From a virus (taxonomy: Duplodnaviria > Heunggongvirae > Uroviricota > Caudoviricetes): a stretch of DNA of 44,197 nt. Below, in pieces: positions 33,896 through 43,648 of this stretch (positions are counted from its first letter, which is position 1; each line of letters starts with the position of its first letter). The stretch lies in IMG/VR virus record IMGVR_UViG_2563366948_000003. One strand, written 5' to 3'. The notes below the pieces were generated by a model. It worked only from the letters and a program-made list of their open reading frames with translations, made no database searches and was not told the DNA's origin. Both the position numbers and the translations under genes were made by a program.

Positions 33896-35816
33896 TTCTT
33901 TTGATTTTGAGCTGGTGGCCAGCGACCAGGTTAGCGAGGCTATAGACCGCATTAATGAGGCTGTCCGTGACCTGGAGCCGAAGCTAGATAAAACTAAAGA
34001 AGGGCTCAAGTTAGGCGGTCAGGAAACAGCCGACGGACTGAGCGGTTTTATTTCTCGCCTCGAGAATATGTCGAAGAGCGCGCGGGATAACGTGCAGTTT
34101 ATTGGCGACATGGTTCCCCCTCTGAAAATGGTGGGGGAGCTCACGGGGAAGATGGGGGCGCTGGGGTTAGCCGGTGCTGCCGGCTACGGACTGAAACAGG
34201 TCGCTTATGGATTTCGGGAGGCATCCCGTCAGGCCTATAATCTTGATGTCTCGGCAAAAAATGCGGGAATGCGCGTTGACGATTTTACCCGACTTTCCGG
34301 GGCAATGCGTATTCTTGGGGCAGACAGCGAGAGCGCTAATGCATCAATAGAAGGTATTTTCAAAGCATTCAATGAGGCTGCCAGTGGTAAAAACGAGGGG
34401 GTTATGGCAGCGATGGCGCAAATTGGTGCTCAAATCCAAAAAAACAGCGATGGTTCAGTAAATACCCTTAAAACACTGGAGTCTATCGCAAAAATTTTTC
34501 CAACCTTGCGACCTGAACAGCAGAAGTCCGCCGCTGATGCACTTGGGCTGACGCCCGAATTGCTGGCGCTAATGCGTGACGGTGAGCGCATGAAAAAGCT
34601 GCTGGCGAAATCGGATGAATTTGGTCTGACTGTGGATCCGGCACTAAATCAGCAATTGAGTGAAGTGAACGGCACTATGAATGAGCTCAGCGCATCCTGG
34701 GATGGTCTGTGGCAACGTTCAAAAAACAAGGCACTTAAGACCATTCTTTCGGATGGTTCAGTCAAAGACGGCCTTGAAGGTGTTACCGATCTGTTCACTA
34801 ATGGTGATTTTACTGGGCTGTCTCATGCTCTCGGTTTTATCAACAGCAATGATGCTGAGAAACTACGGCGCATTCAGAACGATAAGGAACTTTATAACAG
34901 CTTACCCCGCAGTGAACGTGGGCAGGTTGACGCGGGTTTCATGACTGATGCTGTAAGAAAGCGGTACGATGCGAATTACCGCGCGACCGATTCTGCGATT
35001 CAATTGCAGAATGACTTATCCGCTATCAGCCAGCCACAATCCAACGTTGCACGCGGCAATGTTCCTTACGGGGAAACAAGGAATAACGCAATTGGCTTCA
35101 GAAATAATAATCCCGGTAATTTGAGAGTTGCAGCAAACGCAACGGGTAAAAATGGCGGATTTTCTACCTTTGCGAATGATGCCGACGGAAGAACTGCAAT
35201 GGCGAGACAGCTGATGTTGTATGGTGACAGGGGGAATAATACTCTGGATGGGATTATTCATACCTATGCTCCGCAATCAGAGAATAATACTCGTGCATAT
35301 ATTGACTCCGTCTCAAAAGCCACTGGATATGGAGCCAAAGAGCAAGTAAATCTGCACGATCCGGAAACATTAAAAACGATAATGGCAGCCATGATTAAAC
35401 ATGAGAATGGCGCACAACCTTATACTGAGGAACAACTGCTAAACGCCATCCAGACCGCCATTACTGATGATCGGTGGTCAGGGAAGAGAAATCCGGATGT
35501 GCTGGCCCAGCAGCGGTATGACATTATCTCAGGTTCGCAAACTGGAAATCGTGACTCCAGCACTCTTAGTAACCCGAGTGATGAAACTGATATTCTCTCA
35601 GGCTCGCAGAACAGAAATCGGGAATCCATCATTCTGAGTGATACGGGTAAGAAAAGTGATGAAAGTGTACTCGGCGACAATCTGGCTAAGTCTCTTAAAG
35701 AGGCAATGTCAGAACAACCACTTAAGCTCGAAATCACAATGGTTAATGATAAGGGTGAGCGAAAAACCTATAATGCGGAAAATAATGGCAGAATAACAAC
35801 GGCCATGAATTACTGA
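33888..35816 (+). CDS. Tail tape measure protein
   Basis: 642-aa protein with a long helical, Ala/Gly/Leu-rich N-terminal region, immediately after the frameshifted chaperone. C-terminal globular region and tandem peptide repeats. Confidence 0.8.
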   Translation: MSNSFDFELVASDQVSEAIDRINEAVRDLEPKLDKTKEGLKLGGQETADGLSGFISRLENMSKSARDNVQFIGDMVPPLKMVGELTGKMGALGLAGAAGYGLKQVAYGFREASRQAYNLDVSAKNAGMRVDDFTRLSGAMRILGADSESANASIEGIFKAFNEAASGKNEGVMAAMAQIGAQIQKNSDGSVNTLKTLESIAKIFPTLRPEQQKSAADALGLTPELLALMRDGERMKKLLAKSDEFGLTVDPALNQQLSEVNGTMNELSASWDGLWQRSKNKALKTILSDGSVKDGLEGVTDLFTNGDFTGLSHALGFINSNDAEKLRRIQNDKELYNSLPRSERGQVDAGFMTDAVRKRYDANYRATDSAIQLQNDLSAISQPQSNVARGNVPYGETRNNAIGFRNNNPGNLRVAANATGKNGGFSTFANDADGRTAMARQLMLYGDRGNNTLDGIIHTYAPQSENNTRAYIDSVSKATGYGAKEQVNLHDPETLKTIMAAMIKHENGAQPYTEEQLLNAIQTAITDDRWSGKRNPDVLAQQRYDIISGSQTGNRDSSTLSNPSDETDILSGSQNRNRESIILSDTGKKSDESVLGDNLAKSLKEAMSEQPLKLEITMVNDKGERKTYNAENNGRITTAMNY

Positions 35817-36120
35817 TCACTGTCGTCATTTCGTTAAGGAAGAAGTTATGAATGAAAAAGTTTTTGGAGCAAAAGCCATTTAGACTCCAAAGGTTTTTGC
35901 GCTTGTTTACCTGGTAATTGGCATTTTCCTCGTTTTTTCTGTTGTCTCAATGAATTTCACGGCGATTACGATATCGGTGGTAAGTGCATTGCTTTTACGT
36001 GTGCTTTATGAGTTCCTAATGAACTCATTCAAGGCGACTGAGCATCTTTACAGGATCGCCGAATCTCTTGACCGTAATGGATCCAGCGATAAATAGATAA
36101 GTCATTTCAGTGCATATGTA

Positions 36121-36148
36121 AACCGCCGACATGGCGGTTTTTTTATTT
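36121..36148 (+). terminator. Rho-independent terminator
   Basis: AACCGCC-GACAT-GGCGGTT followed by TTTTTATTT, just upstream of the next gene's RBS (GGAGG). Confidence 0.6.
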
Positions 36149-36156
36149 CCGGAGGC

Positions 36157-37563
36157 GTGATGCCGTCAATTATCCAGGACGCAATAACTTCTCTTTTGGG
36201 GGGAGATACCAGCGATGACTGGCAGGGGCAGTTACGGCCCAGCTCATTCAGAGGTGTGCCATTTGCAATTGTTGCTGAGGAAGGGAGCCACGGCCGACGC
36301 CAGGCGGTACATGAATATCCCTACCGTGATACAGCCTGGATAGAGGATATCGGGCGGGCAACACGGCGATTTGTTATTCGCGGTTTCTTGATCCAGAACA
36401 GCCAGGTTTACGGCGGCGGCGATGCTATCACGCAGCGCCAGTCACTGATTGAAGCCTGTGAACAAAAAGGTAGCGGTACGCTTGTCCATCCGACACTGGG
36501 CGAATTAACGGTTTCCATCCCTGAGAATGGTTTGCGTATTTCCGGTTCGATGGAGAACGGGCGAGTATTTGAATTTACCCTGATGGCAATTGAATCAGGG
36601 CTTAAAGTGTTTGCTGTCACGGGCAGTACCGTTGCAGGCGCCACGGTGAAAACCAACTATCTGAAACTGGTCAGCACTGCTGTGCTGAGCACGATTGCCA
36701 GAGTTAAGAGTGAAATCCGCGGTGTCACACAGGCTATAAACACCATCAGAGGCACGGTCACGTTCTGGACTAACATGGTTGACAGCACCATCAGTCAGGT
36801 CACGAATCTCAGCAATGTCCTGAACTCCACGTTCGGGAATACCCGGTACGGACGTTACAGTAAAGGCTCTGTGGGCGGTAGTTCCTCTGCTGTTGCTGGC
36901 AAATCGTCAGTTGCTGATGTGGATGATGAGAGAGCACTGGCTGACAAGGTAACAGCCCAGTCGGTAATGGACCGGAAAAATGTTACCGACAGGTCGAGCC
37001 AGCTTAGCAGCTCCAACACACCTGATGAGTTTGTCCAGGGCGTCGCCGACGTGGTAAACGCAATTCTTAACAGCGCCGGCAGCGTTAATGACCGAATCAC
37101 AGCGCTGGAAAAACTGGCTAATTCAATCAGCACGGAGTACCAGCAGTCCGACAGCAGCAAAGCGATTTCGGCGACCATGAACACGCTGATTGTTGTGCTA
37201 TGTACTGGTGCCATGACCAGTGCCGCTGCGGACTCCAGACCAGCCAGTACAGACGAGGCAGAAGAGTTAACTCAACGAGTTTCTGTGCAACTTGATACGG
37301 CGCTGGTTCTGGCTGGAGACCGCGCAGACGATGATATGTATAACGCGCTTCTCGCCGTCAGATCGGCATTCCTTTCTACGATGAGTGAGCGTGCTTCTGG
37401 TCTGAGCGAGCTTCTGCAGGTTACTACCGCTCAGCCGCTTCCGGCGCTGACGCTGGCAAACCGATTATACCAGGATGCCACCCGTGCAGATGAACTGGTA
37501 CAGGAAGCGCGCGTACCGCATCCGGCGTTTATGCCGACAACCATGAAGGTACTGAGGCAATGA
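36157..37563 (+). CDS. DNA circularization protein (Mu gpN-like)
   Basis: N-terminal pattern FRGVPFAIVAEEGSHGRRQAVHEYPYRDTAWIEDIGRATRRFVIRGF is characteristic of the Mu N family. Probable start at the ATG at 36160. Confidence 0.7.
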   Translation: MMPSIIQDAITSLLGGDTSDDWQGQLRPSSFRGVPFAIVAEEGSHGRRQAVHEYPYRDTAWIEDIGRATRRFVIRGFLIQNSQVYGGGDAITQRQSLIEACEQKGSGTLVHPTLGELTVSIPENGLRISGSMENGRVFEFTLMAIESGLKVFAVTGSTVAGATVKTNYLKLVSTAVLSTIARVKSEIRGVTQAINTIRGTVTFWTNMVDSTISQVTNLSNVLNSTFGNTRYGRYSKGSVGGSSSAVAGKSSVADVDDERALADKVTAQSVMDRKNVTDRSSQLSSSNTPDEFVQGVADVVNAILNSAGSVNDRITALEKLANSISTEYQQSDSSKAISATMNTLIVVLCTGAMTSAAADSRPASTDEAEELTQRVSVQLDTALVLAGDRADDDMYNALLAVRSAFLSTMSERASGLSELLQVTTAQPLPALTLANRLYQDATRADELVQEARVPHPAFMPTTMKVLRQ

Positions 37564-38645
37564 ATGCAGACAGCGATCTGGATGTTGTTTCTTTGACGGT
37601 CGACGGCAAAATCATCGAGGGGTGGGATTCTGTCCGGGTAACGCGGGGTATTGAGCGTTTTCCCTCTGATTTCGATCTTGGGCTAATGGATTACTTCCCT
37701 GGCAACGAAGATCGTCAACTCGTTGAAGAGGGAATGTCTTGTGAAGTTCGTATCGGAGATGATCTGACACTGACGGGATATGTTGATGACTGGGAACCCG
37801 CACTATCGCGCTCCCGCCATGAGGTCCGCGCCACGGGCAGGAGCAAATGTCAGGACCTGGTGGATTGCTCAGCCGAGTGGCCTAACAACGTCATCAATGC
37901 CAGTAATGCGCTTGAAATTGCTTCTCGCCTGGCATCCTACTACGGCATCACCGTAACCACGGATGTTGATGAACTTGTGAAGGTACCCCAGTTCACTCTG
38001 AACTGGGGTGAGTCTCCGCAAGAAGTCATCGATCGGGTGGCCAGATGGTCTGCTCTGCTTTACTACGATCAGCCCGATGGAAACCTGTTACTGACCCGGG
38101 TGGGAACACGTCGTGCGGCAAGTGGGATAGCCGAAGGGGTAAATGTCGAGCAGGCATACTACCGCAAATCGATGGCTGACAGGTTTTCAGATTATGTCGG
38201 TGTATCAATGAGCGTTTCTCCAATTGCAGGGTATTCGCCTGATACGGCCTATGACGCTGTGACTCTGGCAACGGCGAGAGATCCGGAGGCCGCCCGCATG
38301 CGGTACCGAAAACATATATCGATTGTGGAAAGTACCCTGATGGCTACTCAACAGGCACAAAGTGCGATCGACTGGGAAATGAACCGGCGGTACGGACGTT
38401 CAAAACAGCTCTCGGTAACCATCGATTCCTGGCGGGATAAAGACGGGAAACTGTGGGAACCAAACACATTGATCCCCGTTGATCTTCCCACCTTACGGTT
38501 GCCGAAGACTGAATTGCTACTGGCAGAAGTCACCTATATGCGCGATGACTACGGCACCCATGCACGCATGACGCTGATGCCGCCTGAAGCATTCTCCGTT
38601 CAGCCATATGCCTTCTACCAGAACCTGGCGGGATTCAATACATGA
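37560..38645 (+). CDS. Baseplate hub protein (Mu gpP / gp44-like)
   Basis: 361-aa ORF following the N-like gene, in Mu baseplate gene order. Confidence 0.65.
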   Translation: MNADSDLDVVSLTVDGKIIEGWDSVRVTRGIERFPSDFDLGLMDYFPGNEDRQLVEEGMSCEVRIGDDLTLTGYVDDWEPALSRSRHEVRATGRSKCQDLVDCSAEWPNNVINASNALEIASRLASYYGITVTTDVDELVKVPQFTLNWGESPQEVIDRVARWSALLYYDQPDGNLLLTRVGTRRAASGIAEGVNVEQAYYRKSMADRFSDYVGVSMSVSPIAGYSPDTAYDAVTLATARDPEAARMRYRKHISIVESTLMATQQAQSAIDWEMNRRYGRSKQLSVTIDSWRDKDGKLWEPNTLIPVDLPTLRLPKTELLLAEVTYMRDDYGTHARMTLMPPEAFSVQPYAFYQNLAGFNT

Positions 38646-39226
38646 AGCAACTATTTAAACATGCAGCGACCAGGATCGCCGGCATGCTGGGGATTGGCCG
38701 GATCACGGCTATGAAAGATGGTGGGGTGGTGCAGTCTATCCAGTACCAGACTCCGCTGGAGGTGGCCAGCGCTCCGCGGATGGCAGAATTTGGCTTTTCA
38801 TCCGGCCTGCCGTCAGGGACTGACGTGGTTCTGGCTTTTATTGGCGGTGATCGTTCCAGCGCGGTGGTAATTGCGTCCAACCATCAGGGGTTCCGTCATA
38901 CAGGCCTGAAAGCGGGCGAAACGGTCATGTATAACCAGTGGGGCCTTAATATTCTCCTGACGGAGAAGGGGATCTTCCTGGATGCAAAGGGCCAGAATGT
39001 TGAGGTCAATAACGCCACTAACGTGACCATCAATGCCAGCCAGGGGATCCTTGCAAATACCCCGATCCTGAGGTGCACGGGTGACATTGTTGATAACTGT
39101 GAAACCAATACCCGAACACTGAAAGAGCTGCGGGATGCACATAATGACCATGATCATGTGGTTAAAAATGCCCAGAGTGGCAATGACAATATCCGCAGCC
39201 AAAAAACAGAGGATCAGGTGACATGA
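38642..39226 (+). CDS. Baseplate assembly protein V / central spike (Mu gp45-like)
   Basis: 194-aa ORF with V-family features, in order between hub and gp46-like genes. Confidence 0.65.
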   Translation: MKQLFKHAATRIAGMLGIGRITAMKDGGVVQSIQYQTPLEVASAPRMAEFGFSSGLPSGTDVVLAFIGGDRSSAVVIASNHQGFRHTGLKAGETVMYNQWGLNILLTEKGIFLDAKGQNVEVNNATNVTINASQGILANTPILRCTGDIVDNCETNTRTLKELRDAHNDHDHVVKNAQSGNDNIRSQKTEDQVT

Positions 39227-39660
39227 GTGACATCGCTTCATTCTGGAATGTGGATGAGATGTTTGCTGACTGGCAGAAAGGGCTGGGTGAACTCACCACG
39301 GGGAACGATTTACAGACTGCAATACTGGACAGCCTGTTTACCGACAGGCTGGCGCGCGCTGACGATGATTATGAGGATAGCGATCGCCGCGGCTGGTGGG
39401 GGGATTCCGGGGAGGAATCCCAACTGGGATCCCGGCTGTGGCTGCTACGGCGGAAAAAACTGACCCCGGATGTAGCAAAAAAAGCGGAGGAATACTCGAG
39501 TGAAGCGCTCAACTGGTTAAAGGTTGATGGCGTTGTCAGCGAGGTTATTCCTGTTGCAAGGATCGTCCTGCCTGACCGGCTCAATCTCATTATCCGCTAT
39601 CAGGCACCGGGGAAGGACTGGCAGGAATTCAGGTTTTACTGGATATGGGAGCAACGTTAA
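39223..39660 (+). CDS. Baseplate protein (Mu gp46 / GPW-gp25-like)
   Basis: 145-aa ORF, position and size typical of the gp46/GPW family. Confidence 0.65.
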   Translation: MSDIASFWNVDEMFADWQKGLGELTTGNDLQTAILDSLFTDRLARADDDYEDSDRRGWWGDSGEESQLGSRLWLLRRKKLTPDVAKKAEEYSSEALNWLKVDGVVSEVIPVARIVLPDRLNLIIRYQAPGKDWQEFRFYWIWEQR

Positions 39661-39661
39661 T

Positions 39662-40804
39662 ATGCCGTTTAAACGACCGACGCTGAGCGAACTCCGCGAC
39701 GGAAACCGGAAATTTATGCAGGCGGAGCTTGAGGATGTTGGTGCGCTCCTGCGCTTCGCGAACCTGAAGGTACTGGCTGACATGGATGCGGGGATGGGGC
39801 ATCTGCATTACGCCTACCTTGACTATATTGCCCTGCAGACAAACCCGTTTACCTCTACCGATGAGTATCTCGCCGGGTGGATGGCCCTTAAGCAGGTATT
39901 CAGAAAACCAGCTGCAGCGGCGAAGTCGCCTGCGGTACAGGCTAGTGGCAGTGTTGACTGTATTATCCCTGTTGGCTCGATCATTAACCGCGGGGACGGA
40001 TACCAGTACCGGACGGATGCAGATCTTAAAATTCAGGCAGATGGATTTGGTATCGTCGCGGTGACGGCCATACTGCCGGATATTACCAGTGATGTAACGG
40101 GTGGAGGCGCGCGCGGTAACGCTGATGCCGGGACCATAATGACCCTGGACGCGAATATTGCTGGCGTGGATCCACAGGTAACGTTACTGTCCGCTGCGAC
40201 CGGCGGAGCCGATATTGAAACGGAAGAGGATTTTCGCAGTCGTGGCTTGCTGGCATGGCAGAATCCGCCTCAGGGTGGAAGCGACGCCGATTATAAAAAA
40301 TGGGCGCTTGAGGTTTCGGGCGTCACCCGCGCGTGGGTAAAGCGGCGTCTGAACGGGGCCGGGACCGTTGGCGTGTATATCATGTGTGATCGGAATGACA
40401 ATGGTGGGTTTCCGGTCGGTACCGACGGAATATCCCAACTTGAGGACTGGGGGGCTGTTAAAGCCACCGGAGACCAGCTCGCTGTCGCCGACCACATCTA
40501 TCCGCAGCAGACAGACACTGCCATTGTTTTCGTATGTTCCCCGATCAAGAAAGTCATCAATATTGAAATCTCTGGGATCAAAAATGCCGACAGCACCACA
40601 GTTCAGGGGATAAAAGACGCGCTGACGGCGCTGTTTTTTGATGAAGCTAACCCTGATGGTTCCGGGAAAGTTTACCTCTCTGATATTAACGGGAGTATCG
40701 GCGGTGTTAGCGGCACGACGGGCTATATTCTTAACTCTCCGACGGCCAATATCACCTTTGCTGTTGGCGAAATTCCGGTGCTTGGCGGGGTGAATTTTGT
40801 ATGA
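39662..40804 (+). CDS. Baseplate J-like protein (Mu gp47-like)
   Basis: 381-aa product from the ATG at 39662. Baseplate-J-like size and position. The track ORF is over-extended upstream. Confidence 0.75.
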   Translation: MPFKRPTLSELRDGNRKFMQAELEDVGALLRFANLKVLADMDAGMGHLHYAYLDYIALQTNPFTSTDEYLAGWMALKQVFRKPAAAAKSPAVQASGSVDCIIPVGSIINRGDGYQYRTDADLKIQADGFGIVAVTAILPDITSDVTGGGARGNADAGTIMTLDANIAGVDPQVTLLSAATGGADIETEEDFRSRGLLAWQNPPQGGSDADYKKWALEVSGVTRAWVKRRLNGAGTVGVYIMCDRNDNGGFPVGTDGISQLEDWGAVKATGDQLAVADHIYPQQTDTAIVFVCSPIKKVINIEISGIKNADSTTVQGIKDALTALFFDEANPDGSGKVYLSDINGSIGGVSGTTGYILNSPTANITFAVGEIPVLGGVNFV

Positions 40805-41394
40805 GCCTCTTTTCAAAAAATGATTATGCCGGTGCGCTTGGTGCGCTGCTACCGACGGGCAGGGCGTGGCCCCGGTCGCAAAGAACGGTACAGGCTGCGG
40901 TATTACGGGCACTAGGCAGCGCGTTTCAGCGTTCTGACAACGATGCGCAAAGCCTGATTACTGGTGCTTTTCCCCCTACAGCGACGGTAATGTTGTCAGA
41001 ATGGGAAAGCTCTCTGGGGTTACCAGATGATTGTGCGATTGGTGAATCCGGTGGCGTCAGCGATCGCCAGCGCGCCGTGGTGGCAAAGTTAATCAGCACC
41101 GGCGGCCTGAACCGCGATTATTACATCCGGGTGGCTGCAGCTCTTGGTTATACCATCACTATCACACAGTTCCGGCCCGCTATGAGTGGCATGTCAGTAT
41201 GCGGTGATGCGCTTAACGGTGACGAGTGGCCATTTACCTGGCGGATAAATGCGCCACAAACAACGATCAAGTATTCGCTTGCTGGCGCGTCCTACTGCGG
41301 AGATCCGCTCGCATCGTGGGGCAATAAACAACTGGAGTGTTCAATCAACAAAATTGCCCCATCCCATCTGAACATCATTTTCAATTATTCATAA
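40801..41394 (+). CDS. Tail protein (Mu gp48 / YmfQ-like, DUF2313)
   Basis: 197-aa ORF preceding the tail-fibre gene, as ymfQ does in e14. Confidence 0.65.
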   Translation: MSLFSKNDYAGALGALLPTGRAWPRSQRTVQAAVLRALGSAFQRSDNDAQSLITGAFPPTATVMLSEWESSLGLPDDCAIGESGGVSDRQRAVVAKLISTGGLNRDYYIRVAAALGYTITITQFRPAMSGMSVCGDALNGDEWPFTWRINAPQTTIKYSLAGASYCGDPLASWGNKQLECSINKIAPSHLNIIFNYS

Positions 41395-41445
41395 CTGATA
41401 TTTCCCCCTCTGATTTTATCGCTTAACACTAAGTGAGGATTAACT

Positions 41446-42063
41446 ATGCTCCGAATCGGGCAAGTCGAAGCCACTGCAACGCAGGATGGCAAATATACTG
41501 ATGGAAGTGTTGCTGGTGGTATTGCCGCAACGAGGCTGCGGGCAGCAGCGTTTAATGCCATGCAGGAAGAGTTAGCGCATATCGTAGAGTCAGCAGGATT
41601 GGCACTCGACATTAACGATATGACTCAGGTTTTAAAAGCCATTCAAAAACTCACACTGAGCCGTGCAAACCCATTTGCCGATATCAAATCAGATGGTGCA
41701 GCGGCGATTTCTACGGCTCTCACAAACCTTGGTTTGGGAGAAGCGGCAAAACGGAATGTGGGAACAGGAGAAAATCAGATACCTGATATGTCAGCTTATT
41801 CATCAGGATCTGGCTGGCAAAAATTGCCTGATGGTTCAATTGAACAGTGGGGAAGAATTAATTTCCCGAATAACGCCGCGGCGGTATCTACAAATGTGAC
41901 TTTCACCATTCCTTTTACGCAGGAGCCAGACGTAGTGATTGTATATGACGGCGGTTTTGGTGGTGGGAATATGTGGGGCGCAACTAACTGGACGAAAACA
42001 GGTTTCGTTGCTCATTGTAACTATGGCTTTGAAGGTGGAGCCTTCTACGCGAAAGGGCGTTAA
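41446..42063 (+). CDS. Tail fibre protein (constant N-terminus plus variable C-terminus inside the invertible segment)
   Basis: N-terminal tail-fibre-like region. The recombination crossover site lies within the gene at ~41717-41742, so the C-terminal ~110 aa are encoded inside the invertible DNA. Confidence 0.7.
   Translation: MLRIGQVEATATQDGKYTDGSVAGGIAATRLRAAAFNAMQEELAHIVESAGLALDINDMTQVLKAIQKLTLSRANPFADIKSDGAAAISTALTNLGLGEAAKRNVGTGENQIPDMSAYSSGSGWQKLPDGSIEQWGRINFPNNAAAVSTNVTFTIPFTQEPDVVIVYDGGFGGGNMWGATNWTKTGFVAHCNYGFEGGAFYAKGR
41717..41742. promoter_or_regulatory. Left invertase crossover site (gix/hix-like)
   Basis: CTCTCACAAACC-TT-GGTTTGGGAGAA with central dyad CAAACC-TT-GGTTTG. The 13-15 nt GGTTTGGGAGAAG arm recurs inverted at 43564-43576. 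Confidence 0.55.
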
Positions 42064-42065
42064 TT

Positions 42066-42506
42066 ATGAAATATTTGTATGTTGATAATCTGGCGTACCC
42101 TTATGCCCTCCAGTCTGTTTACGCTGCAAAAGGCCAATGGCCCGAAGGTAAAGGCGTGGATATAGACGAAGCTATTTTCAGGGAATATTTCCATGATACG
42201 CCGCCTGACGGTAAGTACAGAATTACCGGAGACGATGGAATGCCAGCATGGGCAGATGTTCCACCGCCAACACGTGAAGAACAAATTGCATCAGCCGAAA
42301 CTAAAAAGCAGCAATTGATTAATCAGGCCAACGATTATATGAACAGTAGACAATGGGTTGGTAAAGCGGCTATTGGTCGTCTGAAAGGTGAGGAACTGGC
42401 GCAATATAATTTGTGGCTGGATTATCTGGACGCACTGGAGCTGGTCGATACTTCCAGTGCACCAGATATTGAATGGCCTACTCCTCCGGCAGTTCAGGCC
42501 AGATGA
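42066..42506 (+). CDS. tfa: Tail fibre assembly protein (Tfa)
   Basis: C-terminal motif LWLDYLDALELVDTSSAPDIEWPTPP is typical of Tfa chaperones. Directly follows the fibre gene. Confidence 0.8.
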   Translation: MKYLYVDNLAYPYALQSVYAAKGQWPEGKGVDIDEAIFREYFHDTPPDGKYRITGDDGMPAWADVPPPTREEQIASAETKKQQLINQANDYMNSRQWVGKAAIGRLKGEELAQYNLWLDYLDALELVDTSSAPDIEWPTPPAVQAR

Positions 42507-43080
42507 CATCCGGCGCGGTGCTGGTATCTGTTGCCGTCACCGCGTCAATGTAATCCAGCACGGCGTTAAGTCGGGTTGTTTCTGCCTGCGTCAACTTCCG
42601 TCCGGCCTGTAATTTCAGCTGAATCAGACTAATGGAAGCCATTGCTGCATTAATCAGTGACTGGCGCTGTGCTTCTGCCGCGTCTAGTGCGGCGCTATGC
42701 TGTGCCTCGGTATCCGTCACCCATTTCTCACCATCCCATTTATCGTATGGCGTTAACGGGGCGATAGTGGTTGTATTTTCAGGGTAATCACCCGGAACTG
42801 TGATTTCTTTGGTATCTCCCGTTTCGGTACTATAGACAACTTCACCGCGATGGTCTGGCACATATTCCCATGAATTTAAATCTACAGAGCGACAGATTGC
42901 ATAACCAGCTTTATGTGTACCTGGTGCATCCAGACAGGAACATGCCGGGATACCGACTCCGACAGCGAGATATTCAGTTGATGTAGAAATATATTCCCGC
43001 GTTTCGCCATCATAGTTATGTACGATGATTTCCCCATCATTTAAAGCGTAACCGTCTTTTCCCAAAATAGCCTGTTCCAT
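42478..43080 (-). CDS. tfa: Alternate tail fibre assembly protein (Tfa'), minus strand
   Basis: Tfa motif (LNAVLDYIDAVTATDTSTAPDVIWPELP). Convergent with the plus-strand tfa, overlapping it by 29 nt. Confidence 0.8.
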   Translation of the reverse strand: MEQAILGKDGYALNDGEIIVHNYDGETREYISTSTEYLAVGVGIPACSCLDAPGTHKAGYAICRSVDLNSWEYVPDHRGEVVYSTETGDTKEITVPGDYPENTTTIAPLTPYDKWDGEKWVTDTEAQHSAALDAAEAQRQSLINAAMASISLIQLKLQAGRKLTQAETTRLNAVLDYIDAVTATDTSTAPDVIWPELPEE

Positions 43081-43596
43081 TTATGCAGCCCTCACAATGT
43101 AGTTAAATGCAATGTTTCGCGGGCTACCATCACCGGCGCCGGAACTGACATGATTTGTTCTATTCATTCGTTTACTGTCATTTGTTGTTCCACTCCCATC
43201 CTTCCACGAATACAATAACCCGCCATCGCCAATGCTCAACTGCACCGCAAATACGGATGACATGGATGAATAAACATCACTAGCCATGAGTGGGTTGCCG
43301 GTCCATCCCTGCATTTCATGGTTATGTTCAAGGATAGATGCTGCCTGACTTGAAAGTAGCAGTCTCGCGGAATCAACACCTCGCCCATCATCCCACCCGC
43401 GAATAAACTCACCGCGCAAATCCGGTAATTTTAACTTTGGGTAAGCCTTTGCCAGTTTTGGGTACTCTTCGGCAGAAAAAGGTGCACCGTTGCATTTCAG
43501 CCAGCCTGTTGGTGGTGTGGCTGAAGGCCACGGAACAGGCACCCCAACGGGTAATGCCGAACCTTCTCCCAAACCAACCTTTTTTATAACCATCAA
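43081..43596 (-). CDS. Alternate tail-fibre C-terminal (receptor-binding) segment, expressed after inversion
   Basis: Minus-strand ORF whose 5' end crosses the right crossover site. Encodes GLGEG, matching the LGLGEA junction in the plus-strand fibre. Not an independent gene in this orientation. Confidence 0.6.
   Translation of the reverse strand: MMVIKKVGLGEGSALPVGVPVPWPSATPPTGWLKCNGAPFSAEEYPKLAKAYPKLKLPDLRGEFIRGWDDGRGVDSARLLLSSQAASILEHNHEMQGWTGNPLMASDVYSSMSSVFAVQLSIGDGGLLYSWKDGSGTTNDSKRMNRTNHVSSGAGDGSPRNIAFNYIVRAA
43564..43589. promoter_or_regulatory. Right invertase crossover site (gix/hix-like), inverted relative to the left site
   Basis: TTCTCCCAAACC-AA-CCTTTTTTATAA. Reverse complement shares GGTTTGGGAGAAG with the left site. 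Confidence 0.55.
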
Positions 43597-43648
43597 AAAT
43601 CTGGTGATGCTTCGCCGTTTCTCCTGTTTTCATAACAGGAGAAATCCC

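Larger units (their letters stand above)
41730..43577. other. Invertible tail-fibre DNA segment (e14 P-region / Mu G-segment type)
   Basis: ~1.85-kb segment bounded by inverted crossover sites. Holds variable fibre C-terminus plus tfa on the plus strand and an alternate tfa plus fibre C-terminus on the minus strand. Hin/Gin-family invertase lies immediately downstream. Confidence 0.6.

Noticed and set aside
35817-36120. Short ORFs in the AT-rich spacer between tape measure and the N-like gene
   Set aside because: On rereading, the longest candidate frame is interrupted (cgt ggt gct tta tga) and only 20-37-codon frames remain without convincing RBS. Treated as noncoding spacer ending in a terminator, possibly a degraded moron.
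43490-43648. N-terminal extension of the invertase ORF in the track
   Set aside because: The extension overlaps the right crossover site and the antisense fibre segment. The ATG at 43649 has an AGGAGA RBS and gives the canonical invertase N-terminus.
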